The notes beneath the pieces were generated by a model. The model did no database searches and was not told where the DNA came from. It saw only the letters and a program-made list of their open reading frames with translations. Shown here piece after piece: positions 92,483 to 106,629 of a stretch of DNA of 124,000 bases. The position numbers and the translations under genes are program-made. Origin of the DNA: Wallemia ichthyophaga EXF-994 (lineage: Eukaryota; Fungi; Basidiomycota). The first letter of the stretch is position 1. Every line of letters starts with the position of its first letter. The stretch spans positions 144,001-268,000 of the forward strand of contig NW_008806280.1 in the NCBI RefSeq assembly GCF_000400465.1, given 5' to 3'.

Positions 92483-95400
92483 ATGAATTCGACTCAGCCA
92501 CAGAGGTTAGCTTTTTATTCATTCTGGCCAATCAAATCTCATTTTCCCCTAGAGATGCTCTATCTGGTACTGCCCATGTAGAGCTGCTCGGCAAGTCACT
92601 CAATATAAATCAGCGCATGGGCGTTTTTGGTGGGTTTTATCGGTTCATATGGCAATTCTAATTTCAATTTCAGTTACCAGCAATCCCGGTGAGCCACTCT
92701 CCATTGCATTCCTCTCCTCTCTAACCGCGTACAGGTTACGCCGGTCGCAGTAATTTACCAGACAATCTCAAGAAATTATTCAGATCTCAGGCTATGACTC
92801 ACCCTGATAGAGAATCTATCGCCCAAGTCATGCTTTTCTCGCAAGGTTTCAGATCCGCCGAAAAGCTCGCCTCTAAGATTGTCCCCTTTTTCGTTCTCTG
92901 CGCCGAGCAGCTCTCTCCTCAGCCTCACTATGATTTTGGCCTTCGTGCTCTCAAGGCTGTCCTCATTTCCGCCGGTAATCTCAAGCGTGATCGTATCTTA
93001 TCCTCTGTTGACACCCCCAACCAAGGCGAGAACAGCCTTATCGAACAAGAAATACTTATTCAAAGCGTTACTGAAACTATCGTCCCAAAACTCGTCGCTG
93101 AGGATGTCCCCTTACTCACTAACCTCTTATCAGACGTTTTTCCAGGTGTTGAATACGTACCCGTCGATTTGTCTGCTTTGAAAGAAAAAATTGCTCTTGT
93201 TTGCTCCGAGAGGAAGCTCGTTAAAGGTGACTTATGGCTCACCAAGGTTTTGCAACTTTACCAGATTCAACGCATTCAGCACGGTTTGATGATGGTTGGT
93301 CCCGCTGGTACTGGTAAAACTCAAGCTTGGCAGGTATTATCTCAAGCTTTAGAAAGACTTGACGGCGTTGAAAGCGTTTCTTACGTCATTGATCCCAAAG
93401 CAATGTCCAAAGAAGCGCTTTACGGTACCCTTGATCAAACCACACGTGAATGGAACGACGGCCTTTTCACCCATATCTTGCGCAAAATCGTCGATAATGT
93501 TCGCGGTGAAAGCTCAAAAAGACATTGGATCATCTTTGATGGTGATGTTGATCCTGAATGGGTTGAGAACCTCAACAGTGTTCTCGATGACAACAAGCTT
93601 CTCACTCTCCCCAACGGTGAGCGTCTCAATCTGCCATCCAACGTTAAGATTATGTTTGAAGTCGAGCATCTAAAGTATGCAACTCCTGCAACTGTCAGTA
93701 GATGTGGTATGATTTGGTTTAGCGGTGATGCTGTCACACAGGAAATGTACTGTACAAACTATCTTGATACCCTTGCAAACATGCCTCTCGATGGTGATGA
93801 AGAGACTGGCATCGATATGACAGTGCGGCGTGGCGAGGTTATTTCAAACAAAAACCACCAGACTTCTCCTTCACTTCAACTTCAAAGAAATGTGGTGGAC
93901 ATTCTCAAGCCTTCTTTTCAGCCAGGCATGATAGTAGACAGTGCACTAAAACATGCTGCTACTTACGAGCACATAATGGACTTCACCTTCATGCGCGCAC
94001 TCACTACGCTCTTCTCACTTATCAATAAATCTATAAGAAATGTTATTGATCACAATCTCCAACATTCAGATTTCCCCCTTTCAATTCAACACGTTGAGCA
94101 ATACATCAACAAGCGCCTTTTAGTAGCTATTGTTTGGGCTTTTACAGGCGACACAAAATTAGACCTCCGTCTTGAAATGGGTGACTATTTACGGGGTCTC
94201 ACGACAATTGAGTTACCAATAATTGGTGATGGTATGTCCTTAATAGACTTCGATGTAAACGTGGCTACTTCAGACTGGTTCAATTGGACAGAGAAAGTTC
94301 CTACAATCGAACTAGAGACTCATGCTGTTACTGTTGCTGATGTGGTCGTTCCTACCGTTGATACGATCAGACATGAGGAGGTTCTCTATTCTTGGCTGTC
94401 TGAACACAAACCTCTGATGCTCTGTGGGCCACCAGGATCTGGTAAAGTAAGTATTTTCACCTATGTCAAGATTTATACTAATGTTCAATTTAGACAATGA
94501 CACTCTTCTCTGCATTACGTAAATTACCAGATATGGAAATTGTTGGACTTAACTTCTCATCTGCTACCACGCCAGAGCTCATTTTGAAAACATTCGAACA
94601 ATACTGTGAACTTCGTAAAACACCAAATGGAAATGTATTGGCTCCATCTCAAATCGGTCGTTGGTTGGTGGTTTTCTGTGATGAGATCAATTTGCCGGCC
94701 TTAGACAAGTATGGTACACAAAAGGTTATCTCTTTCCTGCGTCAATTAGTGGAATCGAACGGTTACTGGCGCACATCTGATATGACATGGGTGCAGCTGG
94801 AACGAATTCAATTTGTTGGTGCATGTAACCCACCTACTGATCCTGGACGTGTTCCACTGACCCAAAGATTCCTTAGACACGCACCACTTGTCATGGTCGA
94901 CTATCCCGGTGAAATATCTCTCAACCAAATTTACGGCACATTTAATCGCGCTTTACTCAAGTCGGTCCCTCAATTGCGCGGCTATGCTGAGGCTTTGACT
95001 GGTGCAATGGTTGAACTTTATCTTGAGTCACAGAGAAGGTTTACGGCTGATATTCAAGCTCACTATATCTATTCACCACGTGAATTGACTCGTTGGGCTA
95101 GAGGCATCTTTGATGCGATAAAACCATTAGATACGCTTACAGTTGAAGGTCTTGTCAGAATATGGGCACATGAGGCTCTTCGTCTCTTCCAAGACAGGCT
95201 TGTTGGCGCAGATGAGAGAAAGTGGACAGATGAACGCGTTGATTCTATTGCTTTAAAGCACTTCCAGAATATCGAGAGCGAAAGTGCGCTTTCCAGGCCA
95301 ATTCTTTTCTCCAATTGGTTGTCTAAGAATTACGTCTCTGTTGATCGTGAGGAATTGAGAGAATTCGTTAAGTCCCGTTTACACATATTCGAAGAGGAAG

Positions 95401-98400
95401 AGCTTGATGTTCAGCTTGTTTTGTTCGACGATGTTCTTGACAATGTCTTACGTATTGATAAAGTTCTCCGACAAGTACAAGGTCATGCTTTATTGATTGG
95501 TGTCAGTGGTAGTGGCAAAACAACGCTTTCACGCTTTGTCGCTTGGATGAATGGTCTCAGTATTTTCCAAATCAAAGTTTCGAATAGCTATACAGGTGAA
95601 GATTTCGACGAAGACCTCAAAACAGTACTGCGCAGAGCAGGCACGAAAGATGAGAAAATTTGCTTCATTATGGACGAATCAAATGTTCTTGACTCAGGCT
95701 TTTTGGAGCGTATGAATACCTTGCTCGCCAATGCCGAGGTTCCAGGATTGTTTGAAGGAGATGAGCATTCTTCACTTATGACAGCTTGTAAAGAAGGGGC
95801 AGCCAGAAACGGCATGATGTTAGACTCGCACGACGAATTATACAGGTGGTTCACTAGTCAAGTCTCAAGAAACTTACATGTTGTTTTCACCATGAATCCA
95901 CCAGAAAATGGCTTGGCTTCAAGAGCTGCTACGTCCCCTGCACTTTTCAACCGCTGTGTTGTTACATGGATGGGTGATTGGGCACCTGCCTCCCTTGCAA
96001 CCGTAGCTTCCGAGCTTACTGATCCTCTTGATGTGAGTACTTCCTAATTGGTTTGCGTTTCTAACCCTTGCATAGATCGATACGCGTGTTTACAACCCGC
96101 CTGCTCCATTTCCCACTGCTCATCATACTCTTCAAGCAGATCTTACTTACAGAGGTGCCGTTGTAAACGCCTTCGTTTACGTGCACCTATCTTTACATGA
96201 GATCAGCAAGCGCTTGAGTAAACGACAAGGTCGTTATAAGTGAGTGTCTTTCACGTTTTGAGATTATTGCTCATGTGATTCAGCTATGTCACTCCTCGAC
96301 ACTACTTGGATTTTATTGACCAATACGTTAAGTTGTTCAATGAAAAGCGTAATGAACTGGAAGAGCAACAGCGTCATTTGAATGTTGGTTTAGATAAACT
96401 ACGCGATACGGTAGTTCAAGTTGATGAACTTCAAAAAAGCTTAGCCGTAAAAGACACTCAATTGAAAGCCAAAGTTGCCGAGGGAGATGAAAAATTAGCC
96501 AAAATGCTTGAAGAGCAGAAACAGGCCGAGAGCAACAAAGCTACCTCAATCCAAATTCAAAGTCAGCTTCAAGAACAGAACAAAAACATAGCGCAGAGGA
96601 AAGAGGTTGTTATGACTGATCTTGCTGATGCTGAACCAGCTGTTAAAAGTGCACAGGAGTCCGTTAGTAATATCAAGAAGCAACATCTCACAGAAGTCAG
96701 ATCTATGGGTAACCCTCCAGAAGGTGTCAAGCTCGCTATGGAATCCGTTTGCACCGTACTGGGACATAAACTTGATGGTTGGAAGACCGTTCAGGGTATC
96801 ATCAGAAGAGATGATTTTATCCATTCAATCGTTAACTTCGACACTACCAAGCAAATGTCTAAGAGCCTCAGCGATCGTATTAAAAATGAGTTCATGTCGA
96901 GACCTAAGTACAACTTCGAAGACATTAATCGTGCATCGAAAGCATGTGGACCTTTAGTTAAATGGGTTATTGCTCAAGTACACTTTGCGGAGATACTCGA
97001 CAGGGTCGGTCCACTTAGGAACGAGGTGCACTATCTCGAAGAAAAGAGTTTGCACACACAGAAGCAAGCCAGCACTATAATTGACATGATCAAAGAGCTC
97101 GAAGACAGCATAGGAAAGTACAAGGACGAGTATGCAGGCCTAATTTCGGAACAGCAAGCTATTAAGAGTGAGACTGAGCGCGTACAGAAAAAAGTCGAAA
97201 GAAGTAAAACATTGTTGAGTTCACTTTCAGCCGAGCAAGATCGTTGGGAGACAAGCTCAAAGACATTCGAGTCTCAAATGAGTACGATTGTTGGAGACGT
97301 ACTTCTATCAGCTGCTTTCCTCGCATATGCTGGCTTCTTTGACCAACAGTACAGAGAAGCAATGTGGAATGGCTGGGTTACATATATGAATGATGCTGGT
97401 ATTAAATTCAAACAGGAGCTCTCGTTCGCCGACTATCTCTCGACTGCCGATGACAGACTTAGCTGGCAATCTAAATCTCTTCCAGCAGATACTCTCTGTA
97501 CAGAGAATGCCATCATGATGAGTCGTTTTAACAGGTTCCCACTCATCATTGATCCATCTGGTCAAGCATCTAATTTCCTTATCAACGAGTATAAAGGTTC
97601 GAACAGAAAATTGAGTGTGACCAGCTTTTCGGACAACTCATTCCTAAAGCAGCTGGAATCAGCAATGAGATTCGGTAATCCAATACTCGTTCAGGATGTA
97701 GAGTTTTTGGATCCGATCATTAACCCAATATTAAACAAGGAGATTCGAAGAAGTGGTGGTCGTGTACTTATTCGTGTTGGTAATCAAGACATCGACTACT
97801 CGCCTGCCTTCAACATGTTCCTAATGACACGTGATCCAAGTGTCGAATTCAGTCCAGATGTTTGCAGTAGAGTAACGTTCGTAAACTTTACCATGACGAG
97901 AAGCTCTCTCCAATCTCAATCTCTAGACCAAGTGCTCAAATCAGAAAGACCAGACGTAGATGCAAAGAGAACAAATCTTCTCAAACTACAGGGCGAGTTC
98001 AGACTGCGGTTGCACTTCTTGGAAAAAGGTCTGCTACAGGCGCTGAATGAGTCAACTGGTAACATTCTTGATGATGACAAAGTCATTGAAACTCTCGAAA
98101 CACTGAAGAAAGAGGCTGCTGATGTTACGGTTCAAGTTGAGGATACTGATACAACTATGGCGGAGGTAGATCATGTGACTTCTGAGTACCAGCCGCTTGC
98201 ATCTGCTTGCTCATCTGTGTTCTTTGTTATGGATCAATTGAATCTCATCAACCACTTTTATCAATTTTCTTTGAGGTTCTTTTCAGATATTTTTGATTTC
98301 ATCATACGTCAAAATCCTCATTTGAGCGGAATTACAGACCATAAAGAGAGACTAGACGTCCTCACTAATGACCTCTTTCTGGTCACATTTCAACGCACCT

Positions 98401-100816
98401 CTAGATCGTTGTTACACGTTGACCATGCTATGTTAGCAGTCTTACTTGCTCAAGTTAAGTTAAGAACTTTAGCCGGAGCCTACGATGAGGATGAGTTCGA
98501 TTTTCTTATTGAAGGTGGCGACTCTTTAGCTGGCAAGACTTCGGCCGCAAATGAGTTCGAGAGCGTCTTCAATGATGAGCAGGCTGCGAAAATAGAGTTA
98601 CTTACTACTCGCATACCATCATTAACTGACTTGAAGGCCGATATCAGGAACAATTTGAAAGAATGGGAGAGTTTCCTTGAAGCCAATCAACCCGAACTTA
98701 AGACACCTCTCGTTCATAGTGAAGGTTTGCCAGGTAGGTCAGCAGTCTGCTCAAAGATGATCATTGACAATAATTGACAGCACCAATTCGTGAAGTGAGG
98801 GATCTGCTCATTATAAAGTGTCTCCGTCCAGACAGAATTATACAAGCAACGTCACTCTTTGTCAATAGTGTCTTCCACTCCGACTTAGCTAACTTGGCAT
98901 CGTACAACTTCCAGAATCTGGTCCAAAAAGAGGTTGGACCCCAAACTCCGGTTGCACTATGCTCCGTACCCGGTTATGATGCATCTTATCGAGTGGATAA
99001 CCTTGTCAGCGGTTTGGGTATCAAGTGTACATCAGTAGCGATGGGTTCGCCAGAGGGTTTTAAGCAGGCAGAGCAAGCAATATCTCAATCGTCTAGAGCT
99101 GGTCACTGGGTGTTGCTAAAAAATGTACATTTAGCTCCTGGATGGCTCACTCAAGTCGAGAAAAAACTCCAAACGCTCAACCCTACGCCAAACTTTAGGC
99201 TTTTCTTGACTATGGAGACAAACCCACTGGTACCTATCAATATACTCCGTCAGTCGAGGATTGTTATGAATGAACCCCCTCCCGGTATTAGAGCAAACAT
99301 CTTAGAGACACTGAGAAATATACCATCTCTGAGTATACAGAACGGACCAGTTGAAAAGATGAGACTGTACTTTTTACTAGCATGGTTCCATGCAGTGATT
99401 CAGGAGCGACTAAGATACTGTCCTCTTGGTTGGAGTAAATTGTATGAGTTCAATGACTCAGACCAGGCTAGTGCTCTGAAAATGATAGACACTTGGACCA
99501 ACAGAGTGGCCAAAGGAAGGTCAAACGTAGATCCTAACACCTTCCCGTGGGAGGCGATCAGAACTTTGTTAAAAGAATCTGTCTATGGTGGGAGAATTGA
99601 TAGAGAATTTGATCAGGAGCTACTCAACACGTTTGTTGACAAGATATTCACGCCTGAAGCATATGAGCTTGATTTCCAACTTGCACCAGCGGTAGACGGT
99701 CAACCCGATTTAGTTATACCTGAAGGAACTAAATTGGAACAATTTATAAGGTGGGCTGAAAGATTGCCAGAAAGAGAGCCAATCACCTGGCTCAACTTGC
99801 CAATCACAGCTGAGAAAGTAATTGCTATTGCTCATGGCACTGCTCTATTTGGGAAGTTACGTAAGATGAAGAGTTTGTCCGATGATGATGAAACTGTTAT
99901 TGTTAGTACAAGTGAAGAGAGTACTCAACAGCCCGTCTGGATGCGTAATTTGATGACTAAGTGCCAAGAGTGGTTGGGTTTGTTGCCAAGTGTGAGTACT
100001 TGTCAATTAATTTTGGAAATGCTAACAAGAGCTCAGGAAATCGCACAATTTGATTCTGACGCTTCACGAGCACAAGACCCAATTTTCAGATTCTTTAAGA
100101 GGGAGTCAGATCTCGGTAGAAAGCTTTACAGTGCTGTTAGAGGCGATCTTGAAGACTTGACTGGTGTTTGTAAAGGTGAACTCAAGCAGACTAATCACCT
100201 TCGCACTCTTATGAGTGACCTGACTAAGGGTGAGTTTTATTGATGGTGATTTTGTCATTAGCTAATCACCAAACTAGGCACTGTGCCAAGTAATTGGAAA
100301 GCCTATAAAGTTCCTAGCAGTTGGACTATTACACAATGGCTGCCTGATTTCGCGTTACGTTTACAGCAAATTCAAAGGTTATCCAACGAGCAAAACTCAC
100401 TTTCACAATCAACGATTTGGTTCGGTGGTCTTTTCTTCCCAGGCTCATTCCTTACCGCGACACGTCAAGACAGTGCGCACAGAACGCGAGTCTCTTTAGA
100501 AGAGCTGCATTTAGAGCTGTATATCAATGACACAAACAAGGGCGGATTTGCAGTTGAAGGACTATACCTTGAGGGTGCTGTTTACGTGGATGATAAACTT
100601 TGCGCGACTAATATTGATCCTGTGAGATTGCGTACGTGCAAGCTGAAGTGGACAGCAATACAGAATCAAGTGCTACAAAATCCCGTTACCATACCTGTAT
100701 ACCTCAACCACAAAGACAGAGAGGTGGTGTTGTTCAGTGTAAAACTGAGCGCTGAAGATACTTTGTCTCAAGCAAAAGCTACTCAACGGTCGATATGTTT
100801 GACAGCAAGTGTGTAG
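92483..100816 (+). CDS. Cytoplasmic dynein heavy chain, C-terminal part only (starts inside AAA1)
   Basis: Begins [32 protein letters not shown]; AAA2-AAA6, stalk/MTBD, C-domain present; no tail, no AAA1 Walker A/B. Confidence 0.92.
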
Positions 100817-101859
100817 AGTGTTGGGCTCAGTTGTTTGCTAGGTATGAAAGCGATAGAAGAGGAAGTCATGCAACCGAATGTTTTTATTTAAACTAGTTTG
100901 ATTCAATTCTGATACATCATATTTATACGCACTAGAAATAATTATGCTCGTGTTTTAACAGAAACGTATCTTGCAGATTTCAACAGCAAAGCGCGATAGT
101001 ATCTGAACGCACCCAAGATCAAACTTAAAAAACATGATCATATTTTGGTAACGCCTTTCTCATCTAAAAAATACTCAATAACCTACAAAGCAACCAGATG
101101 AGTGAAGACTCGAACTTGCTTTAAGCGTCTCGTGCTTATTAAATTGTAGCGCTATTAATCATCAATCTGGATTCCCCCTGGCTTGCATCAATGATGTCAC
101201 CGGTGTCGTATATCAGTGCGGTTTCGTGGAGATTCGGGCCATGCTAATACTGAATAAGAGCCCAACCTTTCAAATAGTCACTTTGCTTGAATAGACATTT
101301 CTTCCCATGCGCGTTTGTTGAATGGGCTGTAATTTTAAGGTGAGTAAGAAAAAAGACTTGAGCGGCTTCAAGACGGTTAAAGACGGTTTGAAGCGTAATA
101401 GTGTAACTGATTTCATCTGAATAAACACATTTAAAGTCCATATGCTTCATAACTTCTCATTAATCTCACTTTACAGTATTACAATTGATCGTCGCAGAGC
101501 AGCAATAGCTCAAATACGGTCAATTACTCGCAAACTCAAAACGGGACAACTACTAAGTCATATATATGCATAAATTACTCGAGAAAGCTAGTTGTTCCCC
101601 TAAATATCAGAACATCGCAAAGTAAAGCATGTCATCTCCGAATCGAGAATGGCCTGCTCAATGACGTGTTGGTGATAGCACTGTGAGTAATGGAAGCTTG
101701 ATAAAGTTTGTTAGAATTCTGGAGCTATCAATTTTGCGATCAATTCGAGATTGAGTTTATCGTACATATCATACCGATGTCTTTTATACTAATCCAGCTA
101801 GATATGGCATGTTTCAGGGAGGATAACCTGGTCTAAAAATTATGAATTATACTCTTATG

Positions 101860-102700
101860 CCTTCTGCAATTCCAACGCAGCCTTAATCGCCTTCACATTT
101901 CCATGATTTAAAATCTTGAAATCCACCTGGTGAAGCTAAAAGTCGTGATTTCAGAGTTGGGCTGACCCTCCCTTTTTTCTTTTAATAAATTCCGTATAAT
102001 TGGCTTGCAATGATCCGAGATGATATTGAAATTACTTTTCCCCCGAAGCCAGCATTAAGCTCGGTGGAAGCTAATCTTTGTAAAAGTAAATCGCGCTCAT
102101 AGAGCCGAATAATTCAAATTTTTGGATGCTTGAGGTCTCAAAACGCCAGTTTAACTTGTATTTATCGATGAAGCACGTATAATCTTCCATGTATATCCTA
102201 CAGCGTGCTCCAGAGCGATGTCGGATTACAACTTCCGAACAGCCTAAAGGGCACAATTGAAGGCTCAGGGATATAATTCTGCAAATTCTTGTTAAGCTCA
102301 ACCAGCGCTATTCATGAAGCTTTTTTATTCGGAGATCATCAAAACTCGTAAATCAGCCATCTGAGATAAGATAGGGGTCGAGAAATGCAACTCGGTGGAT
102401 GTTGAGCGTAGGGCTGATACGGGAATAAATCTAGCATGCTGAATATAATAGAACAAAATCTTGGTATCGCTAAGTTGCTCAAATTGTCAGTGTACGGTTT
102501 CTCTGTGTTCTTTTTCCCATTTACTTGGTCATTTGCATGGTGCCTCGAGCATACTTAATTTGCGAGAGTTCCTAGTAATGTTTATAGTTTCCAAACATAT
102601 CATATTGCACCTTCAAATTCTTCTGCCGTCCCAAAAACTCCTCCAGACTTTGTCATTGATTGTCGCAGATTGTATTGATGTGGGTCGCGGCAGAGTATAT
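101860..102700 (-). pseudogene. Decayed copy B of an unknown gene (homologous to 36190-36990)
   Basis: Remnant YMEDYTCFIDKYKLNWRFETSSIQKFELFGSMS; upstream frame has multiple in-frame stops. Confidence 0.65.
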
Positions 102701-103481
102701 ATCTATCAAAATATGTGCAAGTATTTAAATGTTTATAATATCAAACGATAAGTTTTCAATGCTATTAATTCTGTGATTGAGTGGAGAGCACAAACAAGAA
102801 GACCTGTTATAGGCAAAGTGAATCATTACCTAAAGCGGCGAAACAGGTAAGATATGATTCCAATCAAGACTTGTGAATCTCGACCGGGCTCTTTTCCAGG
102901 TTTTACATTTGGATATAATCGAAAGTCATGAATGCACGACCTGAGATGACATCTGTGGCTTGAGGGAGAAATCAAGTCATTAGAACTTAAGGAGATGGGA
103001 GTATATTTGGAATACTGAAAATACTAAGAGACCGTTGGTTTTAAGAATGCGACTTAAACGTGCTCACTTCTCACTTGTAGTTCATTTGTGGGGTGATCTG
103101 AGCATTTATAAATTACTGGAGCGACAGCTATAACCTATTGTATTAATGTCATTACACCTCCAAGCCCTTCTGCCAACTCATAAGTAAACCTGAATCGCAG
103201 GTTGGGCTTTGAAGGTCGTAACCGGAGAAACACCTGCCAGAATATATTTGAGAATTCAGTGTATCAGAATTGTATGTCAAGCTGCTCTACGTATTCATCT
103301 TGCTGGTAATTTGTGGCAGAGCAGAACGAAGAAGACAGCTCAAGGCAGGAACCGATGAAAAAGACAGCAAATTAGGGTAAAATTAATAGCGTCTGCTTGC
103401 AGAATCGCTTTCTGTTTGTCTTAATTTTCCAAGTGCGAGTCTGATAATCTCAATCCACCCATTCCACCCATTCCACCATCA

Positions 103482-105890
103482 ATGGACGTTTTCAAAAGGT
103501 TTCAACAGCGGATCCACGAGAATATTGCTGAGTCTACGAGGTGATTATATAGCAAGTCAAAGCGCATCAAAGCTCATTACCAACAGAGATTTCGATTTCG
103601 GCTCAACCGTTCGCATAGCAGATGCACCCAACGATAAGCTCTCAGACATAATCCCAAAGCTTTCATCAAAAGAAGAGCACGAAATCAAGCATGCTTTGAA
103701 GCGTGTCTTGGTCCTTTTATCTCACAATAGGGATTTGTCTTCCTTGTTTCCGTCAATTGTCAAGCTGGTATCTTCAAGGGATCTGCACATAAAGATATTG
103801 GCGTACGTTTATCTGACGAGATATGCCCGACTATGTCCAGATCTTGCGATGCTCAGTGTTAATTCATTCCAAAAAGACTCAAGTCATCAGTCACCCCTAG
103901 TGAGAGCTCAGTCGATAAGAGTTTTATCGAGTATAAGCTCCGAGGAAGTTGCGCCTATTTGCATGCTATGTGTCAAGCGTGCTGCAACTGATTCCAATCC
104001 TTACGTCCGCAAAGCAGCTGCGCTGGCAATAGCCAAGTGTTACGAGTAAGGATCTTCACAAGATGTATCTTTGAAATACTCATAAATCACAGACTGGATG
104101 ACTCTTCATACGATGAGCAGAAAGAATTGTCTTTGAAGCTGATGAGATGTGCATCGTCGATCCCGATCGGTGCCGCTGCTTACGCTTTTATCAAAATACA
104201 CCCCGATATTGATGATCTCAACGATAACTTATCGGCATTACATTCATTGTTTAGGCACTTGGTCAGACAGCTAGTGGACTGCGAAGAATGGTCTCAATTA
104301 ATCGTTTTGGATTTGCTGGCCAGATACAGCAGAGTGTTTTTGCCTCGACCATTAGAGGAGGATTCTGTAGACAAAGATATGAAGGATCTACTCATGGGAT
104401 GTGAGTATCTCTTAAGCAGTCCTAATCCAGCCGTGAGTGACATTAACGCTATCTTCCCTTACTGACATGATCCAGGTCGCAGCCACTGCTTCCAAAACAC
104501 TTCTTACGCTTGGATCTACCACCTACCGAAGCAAGGCTCTCAAGTGCTTGATGCGCTTGAGGAAGGAATCGCCTGAAATGTCGGCATACGTCATGTTAAC
104601 TTTACAGCTGATATCAGAGAAACAACCGGTGCGTATTGAGAGATATCTGAACATACCTAACAAACTTCAGGAATCGGTCACTCCGTTTTTTCAATCTCTT
104701 TTCATCGTTAAAAGTGACACAGATTATACCAAGATAATCAAACTAAACATACTACAAAATTTAATGAAAGTCTTGGATGACTCTCAGCTCACAATGCTAG
104801 CGAAGGAGCTCTCAGTAAGTTAAATCCTGTTTTTTTTTCACCTAACCCCTGTTAGAATCATACCCTTGATCCTGATACAAAATTTGCAGCTGAGGTGATT
104901 GAGACGATCGGCAGCTTGTCATGTGCATCAAAAAGAGCGTCAGAAGTTGCCTTCAAGACGCTCACAGATTGTTCAACTGCAACAAACAAGTTACTAAGTC
105001 ATCAATCCATCATACAATTGAGTAATTTTGTCCCTGATCTCTTGCAAGGATCATGGAATCTACGTAGACTATTAAAGCGGATGTTCAATGGAAGAGTAGT
105101 AGACGATGATGCCCGTGCGACTTTAGTTTGGGTTGTCAGTGAAGTAGTACAGAAGCCGCCCCAAAATGAACTGAACGAGCTGGATGGTATGTCAGTCTGG
105201 AAGTATGGTCCTGATGTACTGCGTAGCTGCGTAAAGGGATTCTCCGAAGAAGGCAGCAAGACACAGACCCAAATTCTCAATCTAGCGGCCAAAATGATGG
105301 CGATCTTACCTGATATAAGAAGTGTACAGGCAATGGCCCGCAAAGTTTTCATAGATTCGGCTGATTTTGACCATGTAAAGTCCATGGACATCGAATCACT
105401 TGATGGACTTAATAGGAGACATTCGATTATGAATACGGTGGCGGGATTGTATGGAGAAGTGCCTGAGCAAGGCGATCAAGCACCTAGAGTACTTTTACGT
105501 CGCAACCAAGCTAATGCTATACTCACAAATATGGCCACAAACTCGAGTGTGATGCACAAAATGACAAGTTCCATCAAAAACAACAACATGGTGCGGATTC
105601 AGACAGATACTTACTTGAATAGCCTACCAGAATGGTCAACTGAAGGTTTGCCTGGTCCTGAAGTGAGAGAAGTAAAGCAGAGTGAGGCTAATCAAGCCGA
105701 TGAGGCTTTAACGATGCCGGTAATGAGTAATGAGATTGCAGCGTACAATGCAGAGGTAGAAACCATACTCGCACAAAATGCGGATTACGAAGATGATGAA
105801 CCTGTAGATACCACAGATAAAGCGGCAGATGACGACCTAGAGAGGTTTTTGGAGAGTGATGGAAATCTCACGAGCGATGTAGATGATTAA
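103482..105890 (+). CDS. APL6: AP-3 adaptor beta subunit
   Basis: FPSIVKLV, LAMLSVNSFQKD, NPYVRKAAALAIAKCY, DCEEWSQ. Confidence 0.85.
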
Positions 105891-105937
105891 TTGGTAAACT
105901 TGTATACAATAAATAGTTTAAAACGAGTAAAGATGAG

Positions 105938-106589
105938 TTAGAGTCTTTTTAATCCTTTCTTCTTTGCGTTTGCCTCCTTGGACTTCAAAGGTTGCTTTGC
106001 AGGTTGGTTTTCTTGTTTGGTTGAAGGCTCGATCGGAGCATTTGAGAGGGGCTGATTCTCGATTTGGGAAGGAGAAGAGTCGAACTCGATAGGGCGGCTT
106101 CTTGCGTGAATAGAAGTCATCATTTTCGCGTGATTGAAGTAGTCTTGATAACTCTCCTGAAGTAACTTTCCCGCTTCTTCATCGAGAGCAGAATCAGGGC
106201 CTGGGTAGATCAAGAGACACTTGATTGTAACAAGGATGTGCTCTATACCGAATTCAGGTCTCCAGTCCTTCTTGAGGGTGGAAACGCAGATCTCACCGGT
106301 CTTGCTGATATTTGGGTGGAATATCTTGGTTAGCATCCTGCCTAGATAACTGTAAGCGTGGGTTTACATAATCAATTATCCGCGTACAATTTGGTGGACT
106401 GTTTGGGAAGTCAGCACCAAAGTTGAACTTGACTTTGAAGAAGCCGTCCTCGTATGGGGTGCCTTCCGGTCCTTGGACGTAGCCGACAACATCAAACACG
106501 TCCGAATCGCTGAAGGATATCCTGATATTGTCTGGTGGGTTTTGTTTGAGCTGTATACATTCCTTTGCGATCCGACGTGCGATGGACAT
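105938..106589 (-). CDS. Ubiquitin-conjugating enzyme E2 (UBE2S type)
   Basis: [40 protein letters not shown]. Confidence 0.92.
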
Positions 106590-106629
106590 ATTGTTATGAA
106601 TTAAAGATACAAACCGCGTTAGGAAATGC

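Noticed and set aside
92420-92800. Dynein truncation as a misassembly
   Set aside because: Junction region has coherent exon/intron structure with its own ATG and an intact divergent IPI1 start; nothing looks like a breakpoint
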